NCBI GenBank assembly: GCA_017550165.1
Contig: JAFZQH010000030.1
Location: 77,798-141,797 of the forward strand
Length of the DNA: 64,000 nt
Direction: 5' to 3'
Source of the DNA: Lachnospiraceae bacterium
Lineage (GTDB): Bacteria; Bacillota; Clostridia; Lachnospirales; Lachnospiraceae
Below the pieces are notes generated by a model, which saw nothing but the letters and a program-made list of their open reading frames with translations, ran no database searches and was not told where the DNA came from. The stretch's first letter is position 1, and every line of letters begins with the position of its first letter. This document shows, piece by piece, positions 10,501-19,225 of this stretch. The position numbers and the translations under genes are program-made.

Positions 10501-10925
10501 ACATCATGCTTCTCTGCCCAGTTACGTTCAACTATCACCTCATCTGACCTTGCGGGCAGATTGCCCTCCAGGTTAAAGAGGGAATTAATCTTATCCGGAA
10601 CGGTGCATATCCTTGCCTGATATTTGACGTCACCCAGGTTAAAATATCCGTAGTAGTTGTAGGTTCCTTCAACTTCAGCCACCCCATCGATCCTGCGGAT
10701 CTGTTCGATATCCTCACTTGTAAGCCCATAAGGGGATATTATCTCCAGATCCCGGAAATTATCCAGATCCTGCTCCGTCTGAAAGATCATGGTAAGAGCT
10801 GTACCTGCCCATCCCATGCCCAAAAATATCGCTACACCAAGGGCAACGAACAGGGTGATGGAGAAAAAAGATACAAATGTGCCTTTTATTGTTCTGATCA
10901 TGTCAATGATCTGTGTTTTATTCAT
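7587..10925 (-). CDS. ABC transporter permease with duplicated FtsX/MacB-type domains and a very large extracytoplasmic coiled-coil domain.
   Basis: 1112 aa. Hydrophobic segments are arranged 1+3 / 1+3. The first loop is about 550 aa and has a heptad-rich stretch (LDQGNQTIELNEKLISESRTQLERGREMLDSGR...QAQINSGQAQIDDGKKKI). The gene is 12 nt downstream of the ATPase gene. Confidence 0.75.
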   Translation of the reverse strand: MNKTQIIDMIRTIKGTFVSFFSITLFVALGVAIFLGMGWAGTALTMIFQTEQDLDNFRDLEIISPYGLTSEDIEQIRRIDGVAEVEGTYNYYGYFNLGDVKYQARICTVPDKINSLFNLEGNLPARSDEVIVERNWAEKHDVKVGDTTTFKHDANEHPHALAILLENQDKLSDMEALLKALNDEPKDTDGMQALKHDSFTVSGLAESPEFISTFSETYGTSATLGTPVECIIFIPIDGFDARSFTGYSNVYVKSDYINGLYADEGIARETDVFKDRVNVVVKELTAAKNEKILNIANTLKNNLDNAPEQIEDYQRQLDQGNQTIELNEKLISESRTQLERGREMLDSGRNMLENAKSQVEDRVEQFESYKDKLDELFPDAKENLAKLQKLVGSPEELEELMEEYKFSAIVDNIPSYIMMVSGFYALLGNDIMAERYQNLAKEYDDFKTRLLNATGAKDYKSLAKKLPDLISRIRSALNMKDTIMAQAEDYIDELYESLDEAIQKAEESQAQLLSGQAQINSGQAQIDDGKKKIGEYQDKIDKAKELLESSSARQLRVATSNLKDYSSAILTRENNPSNASGLTFKEILSRVKFSLASLFLIVGILVCYSALSRIVYSHIKLLGTKKALGLNKGEITRSYLFYGALASIVGSALGVLAGYIVIQPIVLITIGKNYVFRNLVLYFSLTDALMICGIELAIILLSTFTACRSILKQDPVKLLAGPQPPSGKNHGFERTKLWGRLSLFSKTMFNNLFTDKRRVLGTLIGITGCTAMLVCGMAIKLDADRSPVIEFNELNKFDALILFDDKEEGCKDKIRAVLDSENIASSTFSSNYMRTVLPDGRVNICYLYVTDDDRFTESFLLKNDKGHFKELADGTRVCNGYADTYDIDPGDKIEFIDNTGQHFFIPYIGEFESYLPRIIMVMPADTYEKYSKADYRANSFTLEMEGIDRERLSAKLSEIPGFITLYDYLDANMTAFKAMSSAMTIISLVAVALAVIMAFLVLLNLLVMHVEEKKREMIILMINGYSVKDAKKYVYKDTIFLTAVGIILGAILGSAAASFNLRVFSYLPSHFYSGISWPAIAFGVVVAAFLALVNALIAMRRIKNFNLTDINK

Positions 10926-10937
10926 ATCTGACCACCC

Positions 10938-12158
10938 TTACCATACAAGATCCGTTGCTTTTGCAGGTTTATGATTAACAGTTACCTCATAAAGTTTCCC
11001 GTCGCGGAAACGGATCACACGGTTAGCCATACGGGTGATCTCCTCATTGTGGGTTACCATGATAAGTGTGGTCCCCCGTTCTACTACCTGCTCAAAGGCC
11101 TGCAGCACCTCTATGCTGGTGGTATAATCAAGTGCCGCCGTAGGCTCGTCTGCAAGGATCAGCCTGGGTCTCTTCACCAGAGCCCTTGCAATGGATATAC
11201 GTTGTTGCTGCCCACCCGACATCTGGGAAGGATAATTGGCCTGTTTCTCTTTCATATGCACCAGGTCGAGAGCCTCTAAGGGGTCCATGGCATTATCCAC
11301 CAGCTCCGCTATAAGCTCTAAGTTCTGCTTGGCATTGAGATTAGGCATAAGGTTATAACTCTGGAAGACAAAGCCTATATTATCCCGTCTGTATTGGGTG
11401 AGTTCATCCGTGTTTGCATTGGACATATCCTTTCCCATAAAGGAAAATGTTCCGCTTGTGGCCTTATCCATTCCGCCGATTATGTTAAGCACAGTGGATT
11501 TGCCGCATCCGGACTCACCTAAAAGGGCAAGGAATTCGCCCTCGAATACATCAAAATTAACCCCCTTTAATACCTTGGTGATTATATCTCCGTTTTTATA
11601 CTCTCTGGTAACATTACGTACCGAGAGTATGGTCTTCCTGTCGGACCAGTTCTCGGGCGGCAGGGCCGATTCATTGATGGCCAGCTCTGTCATGACAGCC
11701 AGGAGCTGGCATACATCTGCATCATCCTCTGAAAAATAACCGGTCTCAACAGTCTTTATAAACTCTATGCAGCCGATATGCCTGGTATCATTTGAAAAAG
11801 GGACGCAGCAAAGGGAGGATACATTTATCCCCTCAAGATCCTTTTCCGTAACCGGCTCCGGAGTCTCCTGAAAATTAATGATGGTAACGGGAGACTGTTT
11901 CGCAAAAGCCTGTCCTACTGCCCCGATCCCCGGCGCATAACTGACAGAAGAAAGATCCAGCGGACAGATCCAGTAGTAGGGATGAAGTTTGGAATTATCT
12001 TTCGGGTCTGAATACCACATCACCGCATGATCTGCCGCAGAGCTTTCAAGGATGACCTGTAAGCCAACCTTCAGGGCTTCATCCAGTGTCGAGACCTTTG
12101 ATATAGCCTGCTGAACCTTTCCTATGATCTTGTAATACTTCATGGCGTTGTTATCCAT
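10938..12158 (-). CDS. ABC transporter ATP-binding protein with an N-terminal GAF-like domain.
   Basis: The C-terminal half carries Walker A GESGCGKST, signature MSGGQQQRISIA and Walker B LILADEPTAALD (MacB/LolD-like). The N-terminal ~170 aa has a GAF-like pattern (LDEALKVGLQVILESSAADHAVMWY...GIGAVGQAF...SSLCCVPF). AAGGTGG RBS. Confidence 0.8.
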   Translation of the reverse strand: MDNNAMKYYKIIGKVQQAISKVSTLDEALKVGLQVILESSAADHAVMWYSDPKDNSKLHPYYWICPLDLSSVSYAPGIGAVGQAFAKQSPVTIINFQETPEPVTEKDLEGINVSSLCCVPFSNDTRHIGCIEFIKTVETGYFSEDDADVCQLLAVMTELAINESALPPENWSDRKTILSVRNVTREYKNGDIITKVLKGVNFDVFEGEFLALLGESGCGKSTVLNIIGGMDKATSGTFSFMGKDMSNANTDELTQYRRDNIGFVFQSYNLMPNLNAKQNLELIAELVDNAMDPLEALDLVHMKEKQANYPSQMSGGQQQRISIARALVKRPRLILADEPTAALDYTTSIEVLQAFEQVVERGTTLIMVTHNEEITRMANRVIRFRDGKLYEVTVNHKPAKATDLVW

Positions 12159-12186
12159 AATTGTCCACCTTTTTATGCATTATTAT

Positions 12187-15186
12187 TTAACGAACACGGA
12201 TCCTTTTTGCACCGGTAAGGATCCCCTCGTATATAATGCCCTTGTAATTCTTATAGGGTCTTGAACGGACGTAGTAATACTTTTTGGATCTCAGATCCTT
12301 GACCTTGAGCTTGGTCTTGCCCGATCCTTTGGTGGACAGAATGACCTTATTGGCAAGGTCTTTGCCGGTTCCGTACATGAACTGATATCCCGATGCTTTT
12401 CTTACTTTAACCACTTTGACCGTAAATGCTTTCTTTGAAGCCGTAAGTGACTGGGCGGTACGGGCAAAAAACTTATAGCTGACGGGACTCCATGCACCTT
12501 TTACTTCCTTTGTTCCGTTCCTGTACACAGCCATGACCCTGAACTCGTACAATCCATTGGCCTTCAGTTTTTTCACAGTGTAGCTGTTCTTGCCCTTCGT
12601 TGACTTTGTGGTCCACTTCTTTCCGGCCTCACGATATGCGATCATATAATCAGTAGCATCCTCTGCCTTGGCCCAGCTTAATTTTATCGATCTGCTGCTG
12701 TAATACTCAGTCATTTTTACTTTGGATACATTCAAAGCATACTCAGGGTCTTCCCAGGGTGTATCCTGAGCCTTCATCCATGCCACATACAGTTCATTGT
12801 AATGTGCGCAGGGAACCTTGCCCGGCATCTGTGACATAAGAGTTGAGATCATTCTTATATTGTCTTTTACACTGAATGACCTGTCTTTTTCATATAACAA
12901 CAGCTCCATCAGTATTTGACGAAGATCCGCAGCATGATCCTTTAATGTGTCGCAATGCCTGATGACATCCTGATAGAATACGCTTCCCTTATCGTAAAAT
13001 CCCGAAGAAAGGATTGCCTGTTTTCCCTTTTCGATCACATTCTTAAGATAACCGTCAGCCGCATCATCTACCGTATTATACTTCTTAATTATATCTCCCT
13101 TGTTATCGGGATCCGTCTCCACCGTCAGGTACTTTATGAATTCCGCCAGAAATGCGGCCGCCTTATTATGGCCATCATAACTGCCTCCCGAATCTTTTCC
13201 GATGGAATCCAGAATACCGCTGAATTCTCCCGATCCCATAAACATTCCTATCATATTGTAGAGCATTATCCTGTTGGATTTGGCATTAACCGGGTCCGGA
13301 ACGGTCTTGGATCCTCCGTCACCATATGCGCATTTTACAAGCATGCTGAATACGAAGTTGCCCACAGCTTCTTTATTGTGGTCTGAATCCATGGCCTGGC
13401 TTGAATCAAAATCCGGGATGATAAGGCCGACCATGCTCTTGTATGTATCCGGTATGGCACCTATAAGCTTGGTAGAAACAGCATTAAAGGCTTCCTCCGC
13501 AGCCTTGGATCTGAACTTCAGTTTCTTTACCTTGATCTTCTGGTCATCATATTGCTGAGCAGGAGAATTGGGAACCACTTCCACTTCATATTGTTCAGCG
13601 TTGTCGACCAGATACTGGCAGAATATCTCAAAGAAGTCATCCACCGTCATGGTGCCTCGTTCAATATCCTTTCCGGTTATGAATTCCACCAGCTGCTCCA
13701 CCGTTACGGCAATGGCATCATCGTCTGAAAGACCCGGATCCTCAGCCTGAAGTTCCTTCTTGGCATAACTCAGATAACAGAAAAGACCGGTCTTGATGGC
13801 ACTCAGCTTATCCTTTTGTACACCCTCGATAAACGGGCCTATCCCCATGCCGTATATTCCGGCCAGAGACTGCAGCGTCTCCTGATAGCCTGCGCCTACA
13901 TAGGTATCTACATCTGAGGCACGACGGGCCAGGCCTTCATTGATCCTCTGGTAAAACAGTTTTGCCTGAGATGTGGCTCCGACGGTCTTTGTCGCTTCAG
14001 GATCGTCCACGAAGGAAAGGGTTGCAAGATCAAAGGTCTTCCATGTAAAGATGTCCTCATCACCTGCACCGCCGTTTTGAGTATATTGCTTGTATGCAAA
14101 GGGAGCAAACTTATTAAGCTCCTCCTTCATCCTGTTTTTCGTCTCGGCCTTCCCGTCACTGATGGGAAGTTCAACGCCGTACCGGTCATATCCCCATTTG
14201 CTCGGTGGCAGAAGGGTGATAATGTCGTAGCCCGGGGCGCAGTTCTTGATGCACCTGTAGACACCTGTGTGGGGTTGAATTATCTCACCGGCATCAGCGC
14301 CTGAATAGGTATATGCCGCTCCCTGAGAATCGTTCTTGTATCTGCTGTCCCGGCCCCCGCGATAACCTGCGACACTCAGAGCATCTTTTTTCGTAAGGTA
14401 TCCCGTTCGGATATTTCCCGGTGTTGCAAATGAGTAGCAGTATACGTTCTCTGCATCGATATTTACTCCATTGAAATAATCACCGCCACCCTCGGCAAAG
14501 AATCCCCCCAGAAGGTTGGTAACAGCGCCGCCTCTGCTGTGGCCGGTGATCCATACCTTAAGGTCTCCCGTGATATTTTTGCTCGAAATATAATCCTTTA
14601 CAAACCGTAAAATCTCATCCCTTGCTTCTTTAAAGCCCTGATGGATCCCACCTTTACCCACGGTAAAGTTGCCGACCCACTCCTGCTTATAGTTGGCGCT
14701 TCTGGGCAGCACTGCAAGAAGGGTGTAGGTTTTATTGCCCACTGTGATCTTTTTACGGGCAACTGCACATCCCACGGAATTCTCTTCTTTTTCAAGGGAG
14801 TAATACTTATTGGTCTCTATGTCGGAGAATCCGAGATCGCCAAGCAGTGCCTTGATATTATTGCTGTTGCTCGCGTGATCTCTCTCCTTGCTGTCAGTAT
14901 AGTAGCTGGCCGTGGCCATGGCAGTCTGTGCCGAAAGGGTCGCAAGATGGCGATCCACATCATAGGCTGACCCGGTAAATAATCTGTCGCTATAGGTAAA
15001 GGAGTCCCTCCCCTGGAGATTACACAGGGAGTTCTCGTTTGAAGTGAAGGTGTAGGTCCCCGTAACCGCCTCCGCCTTAGTACTGTCAATAGCAGCATAA
15101 AGCGGCGCGGGAGATGCTCCGAACATCACCGCAGCTGCAAGCACAAGACTGAAAATCCTGTTTATAATCCTTTTTGGTCTTATCAT
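12187..15186 (-). CDS. Secreted class-3 lipase / alpha-beta hydrolase with C-terminal fibronectin-III-like repeats.
   Basis: Start set at ATG 15186 (MIRPKRIINRIFSLVLAAAVMFGASPAPLYA signal peptide). Nucleophile elbow VWITGHSRGGAVTNLLG. Two C-terminal beta-rich repeats of about 90 aa (SIKLSWAKAEDATDYMIAYRE.. / FTVKVVKVRKASGYQFMYG..). Confidence 0.7.
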   Translation of the reverse strand: MIRPKRIINRIFSLVLAAAVMFGASPAPLYAAIDSTKAEAVTGTYTFTSNENSLCNLQGRDSFTYSDRLFTGSAYDVDRHLATLSAQTAMATASYYTDSKERDHASNSNNIKALLGDLGFSDIETNKYYSLEKEENSVGCAVARKKITVGNKTYTLLAVLPRSANYKQEWVGNFTVGKGGIHQGFKEARDEILRFVKDYISSKNITGDLKVWITGHSRGGAVTNLLGGFFAEGGGDYFNGVNIDAENVYCYSFATPGNIRTGYLTKKDALSVAGYRGGRDSRYKNDSQGAAYTYSGADAGEIIQPHTGVYRCIKNCAPGYDIITLLPPSKWGYDRYGVELPISDGKAETKNRMKEELNKFAPFAYKQYTQNGGAGDEDIFTWKTFDLATLSFVDDPEATKTVGATSQAKLFYQRINEGLARRASDVDTYVGAGYQETLQSLAGIYGMGIGPFIEGVQKDKLSAIKTGLFCYLSYAKKELQAEDPGLSDDDAIAVTVEQLVEFITGKDIERGTMTVDDFFEIFCQYLVDNAEQYEVEVVPNSPAQQYDDQKIKVKKLKFRSKAAEEAFNAVSTKLIGAIPDTYKSMVGLIIPDFDSSQAMDSDHNKEAVGNFVFSMLVKCAYGDGGSKTVPDPVNAKSNRIMLYNMIGMFMGSGEFSGILDSIGKDSGGSYDGHNKAAAFLAEFIKYLTVETDPDNKGDIIKKYNTVDDAADGYLKNVIEKGKQAILSSGFYDKGSVFYQDVIRHCDTLKDHAADLRQILMELLLYEKDRSFSVKDNIRMISTLMSQMPGKVPCAHYNELYVAWMKAQDTPWEDPEYALNVSKVKMTEYYSSRSIKLSWAKAEDATDYMIAYREAGKKWTTKSTKGKNSYTVKKLKANGLYEFRVMAVYRNGTKEVKGAWSPVSYKFFARTAQSLTASKKAFTVKVVKVRKASGYQFMYGTGKDLANKVILSTKGSGKTKLKVKDLRSKKYYYVRSRPYKNYKGIIYEGILTGAKRIRVR

Positions 15187-15389
15187 ATTTTTATCACTCC
15201 CCACGAACCTGATATAGGCCAATTGTACCATAAATACCCGGGGCCCTCAAGAAATTATGAGATATCGTTTCAGAACGAAACACAATATTCAGAAAATAGA
15301 TTCTTGCAAAAGGTCAAAATTGCGTAATGAGGGCATTCTGTGATATAATCACCGATATAGTTTATCATATCGTTCTTAAGGAGAAAAAC

Positions 15390-17216
15390 ATGGGTACTAT
15401 AAATTTTAACGCTTTCGGGGGCGGACCCCGGGGATTCGGCGGATTCGGAAAAGGCTTTGAAAAATTCCGTGATATGGTCAACAACGGAGGCGGAGAGAAG
15501 ACCGTAGAGCTTCGTCCCTTCAGCATACGGGCCAGGGTGATACTCTGGATACTTTTTGTTATCTGGCTGTGCGGCTCCTATTATGTGATGCTGCCTCCCA
15601 TGAACATCCACTCCACCGAAACGTGGAATTATCTTGCTTTCTGTGTTATCCTACCCGCAACACTTATCATCGGGATCCAGAATATAAGCGATACCCTTCG
15701 TAGAGGTCTGGGCCGCAAAGGCCTGAACAAGCCGGTTAAGATAGGGATCATCATTTTCATCGTTCTCCTGGCAGGCTCATTTCTCGTGAAGATATACGGC
15801 CTGGAGATCTTCCATGCCAGGGAATACGCAAGCATTCTTCAGCCGAAGGACTATGTTTTCACGGAGGATATCGACCAGTCTACCGCCGTATCCAAGATCG
15901 CTCTCATGGATACAAGCAGTGCCATCAAGTTCGGTAACAGGGAGATGGGTACCTTATCAGAACTGGTCAGCCAGTATAACGTATCTGAGAATTATGCCCA
16001 GATAGATTATAACGGCGCGCCTTTAAAGGTTTCTGCCCTTGATTATGCGGGCTTTTTCAAGTACTGGGCAAATAAGGATCACGGTGTTCCGGGATATGTG
16101 TCCGTTGACCCGGTAGGTCAGGATGCAAAGTATAATCCCCTGCCTTCCGGTATGAAATACGTACCCTCCGGCTACTTCAATGACAGGCTGGATCGTCACC
16201 TGCGTTTCCAGTTCCCCTTTAAGATATTCGGAAATATCCATTTTGAGATAGATGAAGAAGGCAAGCCTTATTATATCGCCAGCGTATACGGCTACAAGAT
16301 AGGCCTTTTCGACGGGCAGACGGTGATCGGCGCCATCGTGTGCGATCCCGTATCGGGAGACAGTACATACTACGACCTTGCGGATGTTCCCCAATGGGTG
16401 GATGATGTGTTCCCGGGAGAACTGCTGGTAACTCAGTATAACTGGAACGGTCTGTTATCCAACGGTTTCCTCAACAGCAAATTCGCAAAGCAGGGTGTTC
16501 GCCGGGCAACTCAGACCAAGAATGACGGCGGCGATGTACAGGCAGATTACGGCTATATCGCCAAGGACGGAGACATCTGGATCTATACAGGTGTTACATC
16601 CGTAAATGAAGATGCATCCAACGTAGGATTTATCCTGGTTAACCAGCGTACCGGCGACGCTCACTACTATACCATCCCCGGCGCTGATGAGAACTCGGCC
16701 ATGTCTGCCGCAGAAGGTGAGGTTCAGGAGAAGAGATATCAGGCTTCCTTCCCGTCTCTGATCAATGTGGATGAGCAGCCTACTTACGTAATGGTGCTCA
16801 AAGATGCCAGCGGTATTGTTAAGCTCTACGCCATGGTAAATGTTCAGTCATATAATATCGTTACTACGGCCTCTAACCTGGATGACTGCTTCGCCCAGTA
16901 CAGACGGCTTATAAAGGGCGGAGAGGCAACTCCGGCATCCCCGGCGTCTCCGGCGCAGCCACAGCCCGAACCCACGCCTGTAGACGAAGGCCCGGAACTC
17001 GATGCGGAGTTTACCATCAGTTCCATCCAGTACGTGGATATAAACGGAGATACATATGTATACCTGGAAGGCAACGACGGCAAGATCTACCGACAGAAGT
17101 TCGCTGATAACGAAGCTCTGATCACCTTCAGAAACGGCGACAACGTAAAAGTTAAATGCACAAAGAAAAATGACACCACCTTCAATGTAAAGAAGATCGA
17201 GAAAAAGGCGGAATGA
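15390..17216 (+). CDS. Hypothetical membrane protein with a large extracytoplasmic domain and a Pro-rich linker; family not recognised.
   Basis: Start set at ATG 15390 with AAGGAG RBS. Gly-rich N-terminus, three hydrophobic segments, a soluble domain of about 400 aa, the linker PASPASPAQPQPEPTP, then a C-terminal domain of about 70 aa. Confidence 0.6.
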   Translation: MGTINFNAFGGGPRGFGGFGKGFEKFRDMVNNGGGEKTVELRPFSIRARVILWILFVIWLCGSYYVMLPPMNIHSTETWNYLAFCVILPATLIIGIQNISDTLRRGLGRKGLNKPVKIGIIIFIVLLAGSFLVKIYGLEIFHAREYASILQPKDYVFTEDIDQSTAVSKIALMDTSSAIKFGNREMGTLSELVSQYNVSENYAQIDYNGAPLKVSALDYAGFFKYWANKDHGVPGYVSVDPVGQDAKYNPLPSGMKYVPSGYFNDRLDRHLRFQFPFKIFGNIHFEIDEEGKPYYIASVYGYKIGLFDGQTVIGAIVCDPVSGDSTYYDLADVPQWVDDVFPGELLVTQYNWNGLLSNGFLNSKFAKQGVRRATQTKNDGGDVQADYGYIAKDGDIWIYTGVTSVNEDASNVGFILVNQRTGDAHYYTIPGADENSAMSAAEGEVQEKRYQASFPSLINVDEQPTYVMVLKDASGIVKLYAMVNVQSYNIVTTASNLDDCFAQYRRLIKGGEATPASPASPAQPQPEPTPVDEGPELDAEFTISSIQYVDINGDTYVYLEGNDGKIYRQKFADNEALITFRNGDNVKVKCTKKNDTTFNVKKIEKKAE

Positions 17217-17452
17217 TCATGCGTCTTACCAGGATACGTAACCAGCTTGATATGATGGGAATAAAATATCAATACACGGAAGAAAACGATTGCGGCAGCA
17301 TTGACTTCGACCACAAGGGACTCCGATACAACATCTGGGAATACCCTGCCCCTGAACGGGGTGCTGAGAGCAATGTACGCTCAACCGGACGTCAGGAGGA
17401 TTTCAGCGGGGATTATGAGGCAGAGATTGTGGATATCTTACGACGCTGGTGA
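17213..17452 (+). CDS. Small hypothetical protein (79 aa), translationally coupled to the preceding gene.
   Basis: ATGA start/stop overlap with the 15390-17216 gene. No recognisable motif. Confidence 0.4.
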   Translation: MIMRLTRIRNQLDMMGIKYQYTEENDCGSIDFDHKGLRYNIWEYPAPERGAESNVRSTGRQEDFSGDYEAEIVDILRRW

Positions 17453-17514
17453 TGTCGGCTGTGTATAACCCTTTATCAGAGCAATAATACTTGAATAATA
17501 ACAGAGGTTTTGAA

Positions 17515-18264
17515 ATGGATATTAATGCATATTTGAAAAGGATCGGACTTGATAAGCCGGAGGTGCTCGACAAGGAATCATTGGATCGCATAATACGTGC
17601 CCACCAGTGCAGCATTCCCTTCGAGGATCTGGAGTGCAACTATCTGAAGAAAAGAGTTTATATCGATCAGGAGTCCCTGTTCGACAAGATCATCAAAAGA
17701 AACCGGGGCGGATATTGTTTCGAGCTTAATACCCTCTTTAAGGATTTTCTCGTGGAACTGGGATTTGATGCATATTCGGTATTCTGCCGCGTCAAAAGCA
17801 TGGAGCGGCCCGTTATGCACCGAGGGACATTTGTAAGATTCGAGGACGGGCTTTATTTTGCAGACGTAGGTTTCGGCGGTCCCATGCCCTTCGGCTGCGT
17901 TAAGCTGGAAGATGGGCTTAAGCAGGATATCTCCGGCGAGACCTTCTGGTTTGAAAAAGAAGATGATTACTGGTGGGGGCTTTTCAGGATCAATGAATCC
18001 GGCGAGAAGGAGAGTACCCTGTATATGACCACCCAGCCCCAGCAGGACATAGAATTCGAAGCCATGAACTTCTACTGCTGCACTAATCCGGAAGGGCGGT
18101 TTGTTACCATCACCCTGGTTAACCTGCGCACCCCCGACGGATACTATTCCATAACGGAGCGGACCTTTACCGCCAAGAAGGGTTCTGAGAAGACAGAAAA
18201 AGAGATAACCACCGACGAGGAGTTCCGGGATTATCTAAAAAAATATTTCAATATATCCTTGTGA
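17515..18264 (+). CDS. Arylamine N-acetyltransferase (NAT family).
   Basis: MDINAYLKRIGL... together with RGGYCFELNTLF (catalytic Cys), PVMHRGTFV (His) and ADVGFGG (Asp). ATG 17515 is 7 nt after AGAGG. The track start at 17491 is a TTG. Confidence 0.8.
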   Translation: MDINAYLKRIGLDKPEVLDKESLDRIIRAHQCSIPFEDLECNYLKKRVYIDQESLFDKIIKRNRGGYCFELNTLFKDFLVELGFDAYSVFCRVKSMERPVMHRGTFVRFEDGLYFADVGFGGPMPFGCVKLEDGLKQDISGETFWFEKEDDYWWGLFRINESGEKESTLYMTTQPQQDIEFEAMNFYCCTNPEGRFVTITLVNLRTPDGYYSITERTFTAKKGSEKTEKEITTDEEFRDYLKKYFNISL

Positions 18265-18268
18265 CACA

Positions 18269-18397
18269 AAGGAGACAGAGGGTCAGAAAAGGAGACAGGG
18301 GTCAGAAAAGGAGACAGAGGGTCAGACTCCTGTCTCCCTGAAAAACGGGAGACAGGAATCTGACCCCTGTCTCCTTTTCTGACCCTCTGTCTCCTTT
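18269..18397. repeat. Compound nested palindrome built from GGAGACAG(A)GGGTCAGA units. It fills the intergenic gap between two convergent genes.
   Basis: Three left arms (18271-18326). An inner hairpin CTCCTGTCTCCC-TGAAAAAC-GGGAGACAGGAATC. Two right arms TGACCCCTGTCTCC / TGACCCTCTGTCTCC. Confidence 0.9.
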
Positions 18398-18406
18398 CTT
18401 ACCCTG

Positions 18407-19225
18407 CTATACCACCCTCCTTGCCCGCTCCCTTCTCGGATCGGGTATGGTTATGGATGATAACAGTTTCTTTGTATATTCATGCTGCGGAGCATTAAAG
18501 ACCTCTTCCGTAGTTCCGGTCTCAACCAGCTTCCCCATGTACATTACCCCTACCCGGTCGCTGATAAACCTCACCACCGACAGATCATGGGCTACAAAAA
18601 GCATCGCAAACTTTCGCTGCTCCTGAATTTCTTTAAAAAGATTTATTATCTGCGCCTGTATGGATATATCAAGAGAAGCTATTGGTTCATCAGCTATGAT
18701 AAGCTGAGGATCTACCATAAGACTTCTGGCGATGGAGACACGCTGTCTCTGCCCGCCGGAGAGTTCCCCCGGGAGCTTTCCAAGGTGTTCTGCACCGAGT
18801 CCCACATCTTCCAGCATCTTAACGCACTTTTCAATGGCTGCCTTTTTATCAGGTATCCCCTGCTGAATCAGCAACGGCTCCAGCACGATATCTTCCACCT
18901 TCATCCGGGGATTAAGAGCTGCAGCCGAATCCTGAAACACTATCTGTGTCTCTTTCTTCCTTCTCTCCACATACTCTTTATCCGCAGCCTTCCCACTGAC
19001 TACTCTGCCTTTATACAGAACCTCTCCCGATGTGGGATTATATATCCCGCAAAGATCTTTCGCGATGGTGGATTTACCGCATCCTGTCTCACCCACGAGA
19101 CCAAATACCTCACCGGGCATTATGCCAAACGACACTCCGTCCACCGCCTTGACCGTATAATCACTTCGTATCGGAAAATACTGTTTAAGTTCCCGTGCCT
19201 CGCAAATGTAACTTATTTCTTCCAT
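18407..19225 (-). CDS. ABC transporter ATP-binding protein (oligopeptide/dipeptide/nickel family, OppF/DppF-like).
   Basis: Walker A GETGCGKST, signature LSGGQRQRVSIA, Walker B IIADEPIASLD. Its start overlaps the stop of the upstream ATPase gene. Confidence 0.85.
   Translation of the reverse strand: MEEISYICEARELKQYFPIRSDYTVKAVDGVSFGIMPGEVFGLVGETGCGKSTIAKDLCGIYNPTSGEVLYKGRVVSGKAADKEYVERRKKETQIVFQDSAAALNPRMKVEDIVLEPLLIQQGIPDKKAAIEKCVKMLEDVGLGAEHLGKLPGELSGGQRQRVSIARSLMVDPQLIIADEPIASLDISIQAQIINLFKEIQEQRKFAMLFVAHDLSVVRFISDRVGVMYMGKLVETGTTEEVFNAPQHEYTKKLLSSITIPDPRRERARRVV

Noticed and set aside
18269-18397. The tandem GGAGACAG..GGGTCAGAAAA units might be a mini-CRISPR array.
   Set aside because: The units abut directly with no spacers. 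They are mirrored by complementary arms a few bases later, and no cas genes are present. It is a nested palindrome, not a CRISPR.
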